Of a DNA stretch of 64,000 bases, positions 29,421 to 38,673 are shown piece by piece. The notes under the pieces are model-generated. The model was not told where the DNA came from and searched no databases. It saw only the letters and a list, made by a program, of their open reading frames with translations. Position numbers and translations under genes: made by a program. The number at the start of each line of letters is the position of its first letter. Within the stretch, counting starts at the first letter, position 1. This DNA comes from an uncultured virus (IMG/VR IMGVR_UViG_3300027996_000020) (lineage: Duplodnaviria > Heunggongvirae > Uroviricota > Caudoviricetes): the IMG/VR virus record IMGVR_UViG_3300027996_000020; one strand, 5' to 3'.

Positions 29421-30422
29421 TTATTTTTCAACTTCGATCATATGCAAAGCAAACTGATAAAGCCGTTGAAGTATTTTATTTTGAAGCGGTTTTATTGTTA
29501 ATTCCCAATAATGCTGGTGTCGAAAATCATATATGTTTTTCATATATTTAATTATTTTTCGAACATCTGGTTTTTCTTTTTCGATTTCATCTCTAATAAA
29601 ATTTAAATCATCGGTTTCGGTATCTATATCAACTTCTTCTGAAGAATTAACAAAATTTTGAACCAACTTAAAAATAGGAATTAATCTCGCCTGAATTTCT
29701 TCAGTGCTATTAATATATCTTATTTGTTTTTCAACTCCCGCGATGCCTTCCGTCCGCTCCAGGCCAGGAAAATTATCTTTAATATATTGATAAATCTCTT
29801 TTCCCCTTTTGGTTTTCCAATAATTTCTACTCATTAACCCATCTTCGTTTCCTGCCCTGGTCGCATTAATAAAGTGTGTTAGTTCGTGATCAAAAATATA
29901 CCGAAGAAGAGATTTATAATTTGATGATCTCATAATGTTTATAATATCATCGTCATCCGAAATTTGTCTATATGTCTCTTCGTCCATAATACTATTAAAA
30001 TATAGAGTCAGTTCTCTGGTACCACTATTCCAAGACCCCATTGCACCCGATTCTTTATCAAATTTAATCTCGATAGAGGGCAGCCAATGGCCTTCCCGAT
30101 CAATATCTTGTGAGATTAATTCTCCTTTTGGATCCACTTCTCGAACTTTTTCAACAATCTCGTGTCGACGAGGTATAACTAGAAGAAGTGCATGATCTCT
30201 TAGTTCATTCGGATCTATTTTTTTAAAACCCGCTAGGCGCTTGAGCATTTCATCATCAAGCCAATCAGAATCCTCATAATCCTCTTTTTCCCCTTCCGAT
30301 TCATATTCAAAGTTTTGAGGATCAGAATAAGCATCCACAAAAAAATCCACTAAACGAGAATAAAGTTCATCAGTTTTTCTCTCATTCAAATACCCTCGCC
30401 AATTTTCAAGTAGGAATTTCAT
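29421..30422 (-). CDS. leader-tagged protein with zincin-like metallopeptidase motif
   Basis: MKFLLENWRGYLNE leader; HELTH...YINSTEEIQAR. Confidence 0.65.
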   Translation of the reverse strand: MKFLLENWRGYLNERKTDELYSRLVDFFVDAYSDPQNFEYESEGEKEDYEDSDWLDDEMLKRLAGFKKIDPNELRDHALLLVIPRRHEIVEKVREVDPKGELISQDIDREGHWLPSIEIKFDKESGAMGSWNSGTRELTLYFNSIMDEETYRQISDDDDIINIMRSSNYKSLLRYIFDHELTHFINATRAGNEDGLMSRNYWKTKRGKEIYQYIKDNFPGLERTEGIAGVEKQIRYINSTEEIQARLIPIFKLVQNFVNSSEEVDIDTETDDLNFIRDEIEKEKPDVRKIIKYMKNIYDFRHQHYWELTIKPLQNKILQRLYQFALHMIEVEK

Positions 30423-30883
30423 ATTTTATCTTTCTCACAAATGTTCTGTGTTCCGTATTCTTGTTCACCACTCTCACCACAACTAATTCTATCAGCAATA
30501 TATTTATATTCTTCTTCTCTATTATAAGTCTTTAAAATATCTCTTACTCTTCCTTGGAGTTCTTTATTGTGATCAGCGTGTTGGGCGACAAGCCAGAGAT
30601 TCTTCCAATCTTTGTCTGTGAGGTTATTAAAATCTTCTTCTGATAAAGAACTAAATAAAGATTCAAATTCCTTTTGGTTTGGGGCATCCTTAAAAAGATC
30701 ATCTGTTGTTGTACCGTGCTCTTCGGCGAATTCGGCAGCTAATTCTTTGGAATAGCCACCTCCTTTGTCCATTTTAGCCGCCCATTTATTTCTCAACTCT
30801 TGATCAGAATCCCTCAAATATTTTAATTTTTGTGAGTAATTCTCGTTAATAAACTTCCGCCAATTTTCAAGTAAGAGTTTCAT
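30419..30883 (-). CDS. leader-tagged DUF6624-like protein
   Basis: MKLLLENWRKFINE; WLVAQHADH..LQ...YIADRI....QEYGTQ pattern. Confidence 0.6.
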   Translation of the reverse strand: MKLLLENWRKFINENYSQKLKYLRDSDQELRNKWAAKMDKGGGYSKELAAEFAEEHGTTTDDLFKDAPNQKEFESLFSSLSEEDFNNLTDKDWKNLWLVAQHADHNKELQGRVRDILKTYNREEEYKYIADRISCGESGEQEYGTQNICEKDKI

Positions 30884-31472
30884 TTTCTTCCCCCTCTTTT
30901 TCTGTGTCTCTTTGCCACAATAACTTTGGCTCACCAACTAGAGCTTCCGAATCCCAAATACATCCCGAAGCAACATCCCACGGGTAATACCACGCGCTGT
31001 TGCTCATTCTAAATTCCCAAAGATATGGACAAATTTCTATCCCATCCCAGTCGATGCCTGCAAGAAGTGGCCAATCAATCATATGGTATATTCCATCAAT
31101 TGGACCGGCGTGCTCTGCCCTTTCTTGATGAGGCGCCCTAGCCCAGAACTCATGTTCAAAGCTTTTGAACTGCTCCGCATTGGTGATAACTTTCATAAAT
31201 GCATCGTATATCTCAAGCTCATAAACATAATTTACACGGTCAAGCCAATCGGGCATCTCATGCGACATCCATTTAAGCCACTCGTCTCCACAGCCATACC
31301 AAACTCCATCTGGCTTAAATCCCTTCTTCTGCTGAATATCTGATGGAAATCCCTTCCACGGCTCGCTAAGTGCAAGAATTCTCTGATTCGGCCCGATCTT
31401 TAGATCGAGTGGGGAAGAAGCGCCTTCGTCTTCATTTATATACTCTCGCCATTTTTCAAGAAGGAGTTTCAT
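30867..31472 (-). CDS. leader-tagged hypothetical protein (possible ADP-ribosyltransferase-like fold)
   Basis: MKLLLEKWREYINE; KPDGVWY...VYELEI...WDGIEI...SGCIWD. Confidence 0.5.
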   Translation of the reverse strand: MKLLLEKWREYINEDEGASSPLDLKIGPNQRILALSEPWKGFPSDIQQKKGFKPDGVWYGCGDEWLKWMSHEMPDWLDRVNYVYELEIYDAFMKVITNAEQFKSFEHEFWARAPHQERAEHAGPIDGIYHMIDWPLLAGIDWDGIEICPYLWEFRMSNSAWYYPWDVASGCIWDSEALVGEPKLLWQRDTEKEGEENETLT

Positions 31473-31969
31473 TGGCAGAGACACCTCGTAGTATAGGCGG
31501 CCTTATAATCAAAGTTGCCTTTGCTAGCACACTGCTTCATGCATTTGACAATTTGAATGTTAGTATTTTTGTTAGTATTTTTGTCGTCTTTTTCTATCTG
31601 CTCTTTATATTTATCGTAAAGCGCATCGAAACTGGTCATATCTTTTTCTAGAAACGCTATAGTAAAAAGTTGGTATAGCTTATTGAATTCATGTTGCTCT
31701 TTAGCATTAGTCTCTTTCATACGAGCGATGCCGTCTGTTAAATCACCAGCAAATACTAATGCTTGCCCTAAGTGCCACATGAAAGTTTGGTCATTGGCTG
31801 CTGCTGGATTAGTTTTTAAATAACTAGTTATTATTTCCACCTGTTGTTTTGGGTCTTTAAATTTACGCCATCCGTCGCCTGTTTGATCAAAGTCGTGAAG
31901 GGACATTTTCAACATCTTTTCTTTGTTTTCATTCAAATACTTCCGCCAATTTTCAAGTAGGAGTTTCAT
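31469..31969 (-). CDS. leader-tagged alpha-helical (TPR-like) protein
   Basis: MKLLLENWRKYLNE; WHLGQALVFAG. Confidence 0.6.
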   Translation of the reverse strand: MKLLLENWRKYLNENKEKMLKMSLHDFDQTGDGWRKFKDPKQQVEIITSYLKTNPAAANDQTFMWHLGQALVFAGDLTDGIARMKETNAKEQHEFNKLYQLFTIAFLEKDMTSFDALYDKYKEQIEKDDKNTNKNTNIQIVKCMKQCASKGNFDYKAAYTTRCLCQ

Positions 31970-33162
31970 TTAAGTTTTGACATCCTATTTCCGTAGTCCG
32001 AGTCACTTCTTCTTTTGTCTAAAACCTCTCGTGCCATTACTCTTGTTCTCTCGTTCGGATTATTTTCCGCTATATCCTTTAAGATGCTTGAAGGAACAAC
32101 ATCGTGATATTTCACAATTCTTCTAGCAACTCCAAGATATTTATAAAACTCTTCGCTGGCTAGCCACCTTAAAATATATGTTGGGATATGGAAGTGATCC
32201 ATTGTTGCCATTTCTGCTAAAGTATTTGCCATGGCATAAGGATCCTCTAAAGAATTCAGGATTTCTCTCATCTCGTCTATCAGCGCGACCATACCCGGCG
32301 ACCCTTCAACAAGGCGCATCGTCACCATCCTTTTCAAATCAAATATTCTGAGCTTCTCATACTTGTCCCACGCCTCAGTTTCTATAAGCATACTGTGTAG
32401 CATTTCAAAAGTTTCTTTGTCAACCCGTTCGTCATTCGCATCCATAAACTGAGCCGAGCCATAGTGGAACTGGTATCTTTTTGGCCCGTGGTCAACATCA
32501 TCTTGGATGTATTTTTTTTGTTGGAAGAAAAACAAAGGATCGTCTTTTCTATAATAATCTTCAAAATAATCTAAGCCGGGTGCGGCAGTACACCAATCAG
32601 TGCCTTTACCCAGACTGCATGCGGCGCCTTTGTTATGAAGGGCTGCAATAGTCCATTCACTGTCGTCTCTAAAAATTTCCGTGCCCTGCTCTGCATCAAG
32701 ATAATTCTTTTTTTCTTGTGCTTTTTGAATTTCTTCTTTTGCATTATGAGTCATGACGACAAGATCGTCTAGGGATTTGATTTGCATTAAATCTTGATTG
32801 GGCATAAATCGCTGATGGTGGAAGAATGTTTCAAGATTGCTTCGGGGGCCCACTATAGCACGACCATTAATAAGATGAGCAGCGAGGTCACTATCTTCTC
32901 TGGCCATCTTAAGTAACCACAGAACAGAAGTGCCTTTTTGATTATCTGTTAAATCATCTGGGACAATATCAAGAAGATAGTTTTTAAAGTTCCGATGTTG
33001 AGTCTCAAACTCTACCTCAAGGAAGTTGGGATTTTCTTGTTTTCTATCATAAAGATAATTTTTGATTATTTTTAAAGTGCGCTTAGAATTAAGGGTTTCT
33101 TTTGCATCTGAAAAAGAAACTTCATTTAAATACCTTCGCCAATTTTCAAGTAGGAGTTTCAT
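31966..33162 (-). CDS. leader-tagged protein with PcfJ-like domain
   Basis: MKLLLENWRRYLNE; LGKGTDWCTAA..FEDY..PLFFF..RYQFH..FMDAND. Confidence 0.5.
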   Translation of the reverse strand: MKLLLENWRRYLNEVSFSDAKETLNSKRTLKIIKNYLYDRKQENPNFLEVEFETQHRNFKNYLLDIVPDDLTDNQKGTSVLWLLKMAREDSDLAAHLINGRAIVGPRSNLETFFHHQRFMPNQDLMQIKSLDDLVVMTHNAKEEIQKAQEKKNYLDAEQGTEIFRDDSEWTIAALHNKGAACSLGKGTDWCTAAPGLDYFEDYYRKDDPLFFFQQKKYIQDDVDHGPKRYQFHYGSAQFMDANDERVDKETFEMLHSMLIETEAWDKYEKLRIFDLKRMVTMRLVEGSPGMVALIDEMREILNSLEDPYAMANTLAEMATMDHFHIPTYILRWLASEEFYKYLGVARRIVKYHDVVPSSILKDIAENNPNERTRVMAREVLDKRRSDSDYGNRMSKLK

Positions 33163-33213
33163 AAGTATAATTAGTTGAGATCTGGAAGAAAGACCTTAAC
33201 TTATTCTATGGAT

Positions 33214-33480
33214 CTAGTGAGCAGGAGATCCCGCGCAATCTATCTTCCGATCTGTGAAATTGTAGTGATTACAGAAACCTTCGAACATTCCTTTAATATA
33301 TTCCTCGTGAGCCGTCGTACAAGGTGTTCCATCATTATTTTGTGGATAGACTAGTGGAATTCCGTGGGACACGCTCATGGCCGGCCACAGGTCCTTGAGA
33401 GCCCCAATCTGAAGTAGGTGGAACCATAAGGATGGATCGATGCCATATATCCCCCCCCTTCCATTAGCATCTCTTAACAC
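33214..33480 (-). CDS. hypothetical protein
   Basis: ORF only; start uncertain. Confidence 0.45.
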   Translation of the reverse strand: MLRDANGRGGIYGIDPSLWFHLLQIGALKDLWPAMSVSHGIPLVYPQNNDGTPCTTAHEEYIKGMFEGFCNHYNFTDRKIDCAGSPAH

Positions 33481-33504
33481 AAGTCCACATCGGAACCTTT
33501 ACTT

Positions 33505-33939
33505 CTATTTTTTATTATTGAATGGCTCATCTTCTACATAATCCCATTTTAACGCTTCTCTCCAATCCCCGCTTGGAATTACTGGGTGGCCAGCACCTCT
33601 AACTGTTCGCGGGATCTCATCTAAAAAATAGGCTAAAGCAGCAACATCCCCATCTTTTAATTGGATAAGAATAAGCTGACGGTTATAGAAGCCACGTTCT
33701 GGGTGCTTTGAATCATAGCTCTCTAAGCGATCCAAATCTCTTAGAGCACTTTGAGAAATTTCATATACTTCGCCCTTTACTGAAGTATTTCCACCAAAAA
33801 CCATGGCCGGAAATGCATTAAGATCGTAAAGAGTATAAAGTGGTTTTGTCTCTCCGGTACCCAAAAAAATAGCATCTTTCCGTAAGAAAATATTATTGGG
33901 CTCACCATCCATTAAAGTTCCATAAACAAAAACCTTCAT
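33505..33939 (-). CDS. gamma-glutamylcyclotransferase (AIG2-like)
   Basis: VFVYGTLM.G..N, VKGEVY, LDRLE, YNR, IPSGDW. Confidence 0.92.
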   Translation of the reverse strand: MKVFVYGTLMDGEPNNIFLRKDAIFLGTGETKPLYTLYDLNAFPAMVFGGNTSVKGEVYEISQSALRDLDRLESYDSKHPERGFYNRQLILIQLKDGDVAALAYFLDEIPRTVRGAGHPVIPSGDWREALKWDYVEDEPFNNKK

Positions 33940-34101
33940 TTAACCCCATCCTTTGTGCCAGTCCCAAATATTATATACATCTTCAAATTCTTGCATACAA
34001 TTGTCACCACACTTTGTAAGAGCACTTTCGAGGTGGCACTGTTCTGGTTCTTTTATTTCCTCTTTTTTTTCTTCTATGTTAGCACGTTCGGGCGGCTTCA
34101 T
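33940..34101 (-). CDS. small hypothetical protein (53 aa, not in ORF track)
   Basis: MKPPERAN...WDWHKGWG*; GGA SD; abuts the GGCT start. Confidence 0.55.
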   Translation of the reverse strand: MKPPERANIEEKKEEIKEPEQCHLESALTKCGDNCMQEFEDVYNIWDWHKGWG

Positions 34102-34113
34102 TTCCTTTCCTTT

Positions 34114-35931
34114 TTAAAATTTATATTTCTTAAAATATTGTTTGAGTTCTGATAATTTTTCATCTTTTTTTGTTGGCGTTTTTCGGAACAGCACCCCTGC
34201 ATCGACGAGCTTTTGTATTTCCTCTTCACTGGGAGGCCAGCCGCTGATCGATGACAAAATCGGATCATTGACATCTGTGGGCGCCAAAACCCGATCTTCA
34301 TCCTCCTCCCACTCCTCTTCATCCTCCCACTCCTCTTCATCCTCCCACTCTTCTTCATCCTCTTCTTCATCCTCTTCTTCATCGGGTTTTGAATATTCAT
34401 TATGAGTATCGCCCTTAAGTGGAAACGATCTAAGATATTCATCCATAGGAACCATTGCTGAACTTTTACTGGCCGAATATAATTTTTCTGAGATTTCTAG
34501 GGCACCAGAACTATTGAGAATTATATCAATTATTTTTGTTAAATCTTGTTCTCGTCCAGTATTATACGAAAATATCGGCAGTAAACCAATATTATTTTGT
34601 CCGTCCGGCCGCTGTATTTGTTCCTGAAATTCTTTTGGAGAAACTAATTTATTCTCCATATTAGCAGATTTACTAAAGCGAGTAGAAAGTGCGAATGGGT
34701 TTAATACTAATCTATCAAGAGAAACTTTACCCTTATGGAGACCATTATATACTACTAAAGTAGAATCGCCAAGAACGTGGATTACTCCTCCAAACCCCCA
34801 ATAAATAATCTTTTCCATAATAGCATGGGATTTTTCTGAAATAAAACTTGAGGTCGAGTTACCATATCCAGCCTTATTCCAATCAACGGAGGCCATAATG
34901 GCCATTTCAAGATATGAAAATATACTAAAATCCCGATTAGTTCTCTCAAGAAATTTCATTCCTTTATCATATTCTTTTAAAAAGGGCGCCTTAACTGCAC
35001 TTATAGCTCTTTCGTCGTCCATCGCCTCATTAAAAAACCCGATAAGATCCTTCACATAATCTCTTTTTTTGAATTCTGGATCGACTGAAGCTTTAACAAT
35101 AAAAGAATAATACAGAAGTGCCTTGGTCATATTTTTGAGATTTGGATCACGGTTACCTGGATATCTAAACTCAATATATTTTAGGTCTCCCACATTATCT
35201 ATATTAAATCCCTGTTTTTTTGACCAAGTTTTTCCTGCCGTTTTCTCAACCTCATCACTTAATATTTTTGATATATCATCGAAATTTCTTTCTAAATACA
35301 TTTTCATTAATTTTTCTTTTGATAAATGCTCCATTGAGCCGCTCCTCTCGGGAAGCCTCTTCAAAAATTTCTTGATATCTTTTATTGCTGGCCCCTTGAG
35401 ATCTGTCGCCCAACCCGAAAATTCTCTTGATTGAAAGCCCATGCCTGACGTTGCGTGTGAGTGATTTAAAAACATAAGAGCTTTAAAAAAGTTATAGTCG
35501 CCCTCAAGCTCCCCTTCTTCACCGAGATATCCAATGTTGGTATGAAGTCCCGTTTTCTCGCTAAAATAGAAATAATCTTGATTATCATAATCCTTAAAAA
35601 ATAATTCAAGAAATTCAATTGCATTCTTTAAACCAGTCATATATTTTGGCCGGTCCATAGTAAATTCAACACCACAAGTCAACGAACCATCTTTTTTAAT
35701 ATCTAGATTGGATTCATATTTCTTCATAAAATTTGGAAATTCCATACGAAGCAAAATTGTGATATCATCAACATCATACATCTCATCGTCACATTCGTCG
35801 TATTCGTTTGATTCCGTCTCTAATTCAATTTCAAAAGCCACAGTAAATTTTTCACCGTCTTTTAAAACAGAGGCTTTATCTTTATTATTAAATTCTAAAA
35901 TTAATTCTTTATTTTCGAATAACATTTTCAC
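34114..35931 (-). CDS. putative amidoligase (COOH-NH2 ligase type 2-like), paralogue of 25502..28060
   Basis: FEIELE, KDGSLTCGVEF, TGLHTNIG, YIEFRYPG; leader MKMLFENKELILE; acidic EEEWED tail. Confidence 0.72.
   Translation of the reverse strand: MKMLFENKELILEFNNKDKASVLKDGEKFTVAFEIELETESNEYDECDDEMYDVDDITILLRMEFPNFMKKYESNLDIKKDGSLTCGVEFTMDRPKYMTGLKNAIEFLELFFKDYDNQDYFYFSEKTGLHTNIGYLGEEGELEGDYNFFKALMFLNHSHATSGMGFQSREFSGWATDLKGPAIKDIKKFLKRLPERSGSMEHLSKEKLMKMYLERNFDDISKILSDEVEKTAGKTWSKKQGFNIDNVGDLKYIEFRYPGNRDPNLKNMTKALLYYSFIVKASVDPEFKKRDYVKDLIGFFNEAMDDERAISAVKAPFLKEYDKGMKFLERTNRDFSIFSYLEMAIMASVDWNKAGYGNSTSSFISEKSHAIMEKIIYWGFGGVIHVLGDSTLVVYNGLHKGKVSLDRLVLNPFALSTRFSKSANMENKLVSPKEFQEQIQRPDGQNNIGLLPIFSYNTGREQDLTKIIDIILNSSGALEISEKLYSASKSSAMVPMDEYLRSFPLKGDTHNEYSKPDEEEDEEEDEEEWEDEEEWEDEEEWEEDEDRVLAPTDVNDPILSSISGWPPSEEEIQKLVDAGVLFRKTPTKKDEKLSELKQYFKKYKF
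34296..34383. repeat. coding acidic repeat (EEEWED x3, EEED x2)
   Basis: 18-bp and 12-bp units. Confidence 0.85.
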
Positions 35932-35944
35932 ATCTATAAATAGT

Positions 35945-36766
35945 TTATTCTTCGAGAAACTTCCGAATACTTCCAGGATCTACTTTTAAACGCACAACAT
36001 GAACTGCAACCTTGGATCCAAACCTACTTTGCCACGTTTGCTTGACCTTTTTGGTCCAATCTTTGCCTGGATTCGGCACATCTCTTAGATTTCCGATGTC
36101 TGCCCACCCAACTCCGTCTAATTTATACGCGCTATTTGATTCAAGGGTCAAAATCTTATCAGTTTCCTTATCATGCTGGATAACTAACATAGAATGTCCA
36201 CCTGTTTCAGTGAAATATTGGATCAAATACGGTCCTTCGCCCGGAGAAGTCGTCGCAATATCCCAATCTAAGCAAACTTTTGGCCCATATCCCGGCACAG
36301 GAAGGACTTTTGGAGGAGATTTTGACACCATCCACTGTGACCATTGATCTTTTGTAAATTCAACTCCTGTAAAAGCTTTACTTATGACCCAAGAAGTGAA
36401 CAAAACACAGTTACTTGTCTCATATCCTATCCTTTTTAACGTCATTCCGGGTGGATTACTCGGACATTGGGCCCCAGAAAGCTTATATTTCTGCCTAGAG
36501 ACCTCTGGAAAGAGGTCTACAAACCTCTGGAAATCGATTGGTAAGTCTAAACAAAGCGATGGTTTCTCCAATTTTTCCCAAGTTTTCGCTCCGACAACCC
36601 CATCTGCGCCCAATCCGTTATCTTTTTGGAATTCTTTTACTCTTTTTTCGGTTGTTGGGCCAAAATCAGAGTCAATTGAGGCCGAATATCCCTTTTTGTT
36701 TAACAATTCTTGACAAAGTTTTACATCAGGGCCCCTGTCACCCCTCTTAATTGTTGGGTAACTCAT
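35945..36766 (-). CDS. putative endolysin: PG-binding domain plus Cys/His peptidase-like domain
   Basis: IKRGDRGPDVK..Q..L...FG..T...VK.FQ..NGL.ADGVVG.KTW; NCVLF...GHSMLV...LESN. Confidence 0.75.
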   Translation of the reverse strand: MSYPTIKRGDRGPDVKLCQELLNKKGYSASIDSDFGPTTEKRVKEFQKDNGLGADGVVGAKTWEKLEKPSLCLDLPIDFQRFVDLFPEVSRQKYKLSGAQCPSNPPGMTLKRIGYETSNCVLFTSWVISKAFTGVEFTKDQWSQWMVSKSPPKVLPVPGYGPKVCLDWDIATTSPGEGPYLIQYFTETGGHSMLVIQHDKETDKILTLESNSAYKLDGVGWADIGNLRDVPNPGKDWTKKVKQTWQSRFGSKVAVHVVRLKVDPGSIRKFLEE

Positions 36767-37026
36767 CTATTCCCCCTTGGGAACTCAAGTACATTCTCCG
36801 GTAATTCTTCCTTTTTTTCTTCCAAGTCCTCAGTCATCTGATGTTGAAAGGTTAAAAACTTATCATATGTCGCCAGTATATCAAGAAACAAATTTTCGGC
36901 TATATCCTGATCAAAATCCTCTGGAAGTTCTTCGTCTTCGATTCGTTTTGACCAAGTATCGAGAGAATTACCCAACGAGGCGACAATTATATCGATCTCT
37001 TTCGGTTCAATTATTAAAGGTTTCAT
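36763..37026 (-). CDS. hypothetical protein
   Basis: GAGG SD; promoter at 37044-37072. Confidence 0.65.
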   Translation of the reverse strand: MKPLIIEPKEIDIIVASLGNSLDTWSKRIEDEELPEDFDQDIAENLFLDILATYDKFLTFQHQMTEDLEEKKEELPENVLEFPRGNR

Positions 37027-37043
37027 TATTTCCTCTTTATCTT

Positions 37044-37072
37044 AATATAACCTATTGAAGTTTCGTTGTCAA
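37044..37072 (-). promoter_or_regulatory. sigma70-type promoter
   Basis: TTGACA-N17-TATATT. Confidence 0.65.
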
Positions 37073-37148
37073 GTTAAAACTTTTCTATTTCCGAAACAAG
37101 AAAAAAATGGTGGAGACGACAGGAGGAAGACTGTCATTGGCGGGCATA

Positions 37149-37460
37149 TTACCTTCGACTACGATGACGCGCTTTCTTCCAATCTTCGAACTTTGCAATC
37201 GCGTCTGGGGTGCTGTAATTTTCCACCCACCACGCATGCGCGTTGGGAAACTCCTGAGTATCAGTCTTGTCAACATACTCCCCCGCTAGATCAATTGATT
37301 GGGTGCGGTCGAAGGTGTCTGCATACGCTGCTATCTTGCCAGCATCAAACATCTTAAAGATTTCTCTCTCCAATTCTGTCGGCATCGCGGAGGTTTCGCT
37401 AAGTGCTTTTTTCAACTCTTCCTTAATAAGATATCGCAATTGCTTAGTTGTAAGTTTCAT
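37149..37460 (-). CDS. leader-family protein (MKLTTKQLRYLIKEEL)
   Basis: shared leader; ACTATTTA and GGAG upstream. Confidence 0.7.
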   Translation of the reverse strand: MKLTTKQLRYLIKEELKKALSETSAMPTELEREIFKMFDAGKIAAYADTFDRTQSIDLAGEYVDKTDTQEFPNAHAWWVENYSTPDAIAKFEDWKKARHRSRR

Positions 37461-37559
37461 TCTTTTTGTTCTCCAATACAATAAATAGTCATAAACATTT
37501 TATAAAAGACATATCATTTACAAATAGTTCTAAATGCGGGAAAAAGAGTAAAGTTAAAG

Positions 37560-37902
37560 TGGTGGAGGTGGCGGGAATCGAACCCGCGTCCGCAGCAATG
37601 TCCAGTTCAAGTCGTTCACAGGTTTAGATTATTTTCTTAAACAATCAAATGGCTTGTTAGAATCCTGTTGCTTTACAAACATTAACAACTCGGGTGTTTT
37701 GCTGTCGGCAGAACCACCTGCTTATTCGCTATTGGGTAACGAGGTCAGCGAAGACCCAGCAAGCTATGCCGCTAAAGCGACGGCTTGGAAATGATTATTG
37801 TTATTGGCAATTATCAAAATTTCAATAAGTTTAAGGTCATTCATTGAAGTAGACCACCTGCACTATCCGTTTATTTTACCACGTCGATACCTAGACACCC
37901 CC
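37560..37902 (-). ncRNA. ssrA: tmRNA; tag ANNNNHFQAVALAA* at 37764-37808
   Basis: 5' GGGGGTG..TCGAC; 3' GACGCGGGTTCGATTCCCGCCACCTCCACCA; G3:U wobble; tag ending ALAA. Confidence 0.95.
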
Positions 37903-37964
37903 GTCAAATGTTTGATTGGCAACTCGCCACCGTTAAAGCAAGCAAAGCTCCAAATCCTAATATC

Positions 37965-37993
37965 ATTATACCAACTCCTGCTGCAAATGTCAA
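37965..37993 (-). promoter_or_regulatory. sigma70-type promoter of ssrA
   Basis: TTGACA-N17-TATAAT with TG extension. Confidence 0.8.
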
Positions 37994-38141
37994 GTAATCT
38001 TTTAAAGGAATTCTATTTTTCATCATATCATAAGTAATTACTGATCATTTAGATAAAGTACAGCCAAAAAAGTAAATAATCCAAATAAAATAAACAGTAA
38101 GCACGGTAATGGAATAGGAATATCCATATTTATGCCACCCC

Positions 38142-38633
38142 TTAATCCCTAGAAGGCTTTCCGTATCCAATATCTCGATATCTTTGGACTCTTTCTTCAT
38201 GATCTAGTTTTTCAGACTCATCCTCGTCACTGGGAGAGCACTGTATTTCGCCATCAACGCCCAATATATCCCGAATAACAGAAACTATAGTTTTAATTTC
38301 TCTTTGGACGGTTTCATTTTGATCAGGGCCGGCCCTAATACACTTTATAACGGTCAAGATCTTCATTAAATGATCAACCATTCCAGCAGATAAACCTCTT
38401 TTTTTAAAGGATGAGCTTATTTTTTCTATTTCTTTTGGGTCATCCCCAAGGTCTACCCAGTGATCAACCCTTTCTTTATTAAAAAGATCATCACAAAATT
38501 CTCCTGCTATTGAGTCATCACAGTTAAGATATGCTATATCCATAGCTACTTCTGTATTCTGTTCCGCCTCTTGAAGGATCTTTTGAAGCTCTTCTTTAAT
38601 AAGTCTTTTTAAATGTGATTGTGTAATTTTCAT
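38142..38633 (-). CDS. leader-family protein (MKITQSHLKRLIKEEL)
   Basis: shared leader. Confidence 0.7.
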   Translation of the reverse strand: MKITQSHLKRLIKEELQKILQEAEQNTEVAMDIAYLNCDDSIAGEFCDDLFNKERVDHWVDLGDDPKEIEKISSSFKKRGLSAGMVDHLMKILTVIKCIRAGPDQNETVQREIKTIVSVIRDILGVDGEIQCSPSDEDESEKLDHEERVQRYRDIGYGKPSRD

Positions 38634-38673
38634 TTTTTTATTATTGATGATCATCCTGATCATCACGTTTCAT

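Larger units (their letters stand above)
30381..33162 (-). repeat. five dispersed 42-bp repeats encoding the MKLLLENWRxYLNE leader (30381-30422, 30842-30883, 31431-31472, 31928-31969, 33121-33162)
   Basis: consensus core ATGAAACTCCTACTTGAAAATTGGCG visible at DNA level. Confidence 0.95.

Noticed and set aside
30381..33162. Integron/attC array or diversity-generating retroelement
   Set aside because: The repeats are coding and non-palindromic; no integrase or reverse transcriptase and no adenine-specific TR/VR pair is visible.
34098..34442. MKRSGR-repeat ORF
   Set aside because: Alternative frame of the acidic EEEWED repeat in the amidoligase tail.
37904..37966. 20-aa lipobox-like ORF MILGFGALLALTVASCQSNI before ssrA
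   Set aside because: Its ATG overlaps the -10 box of the ssrA promoter and it has no SD; probably chance.
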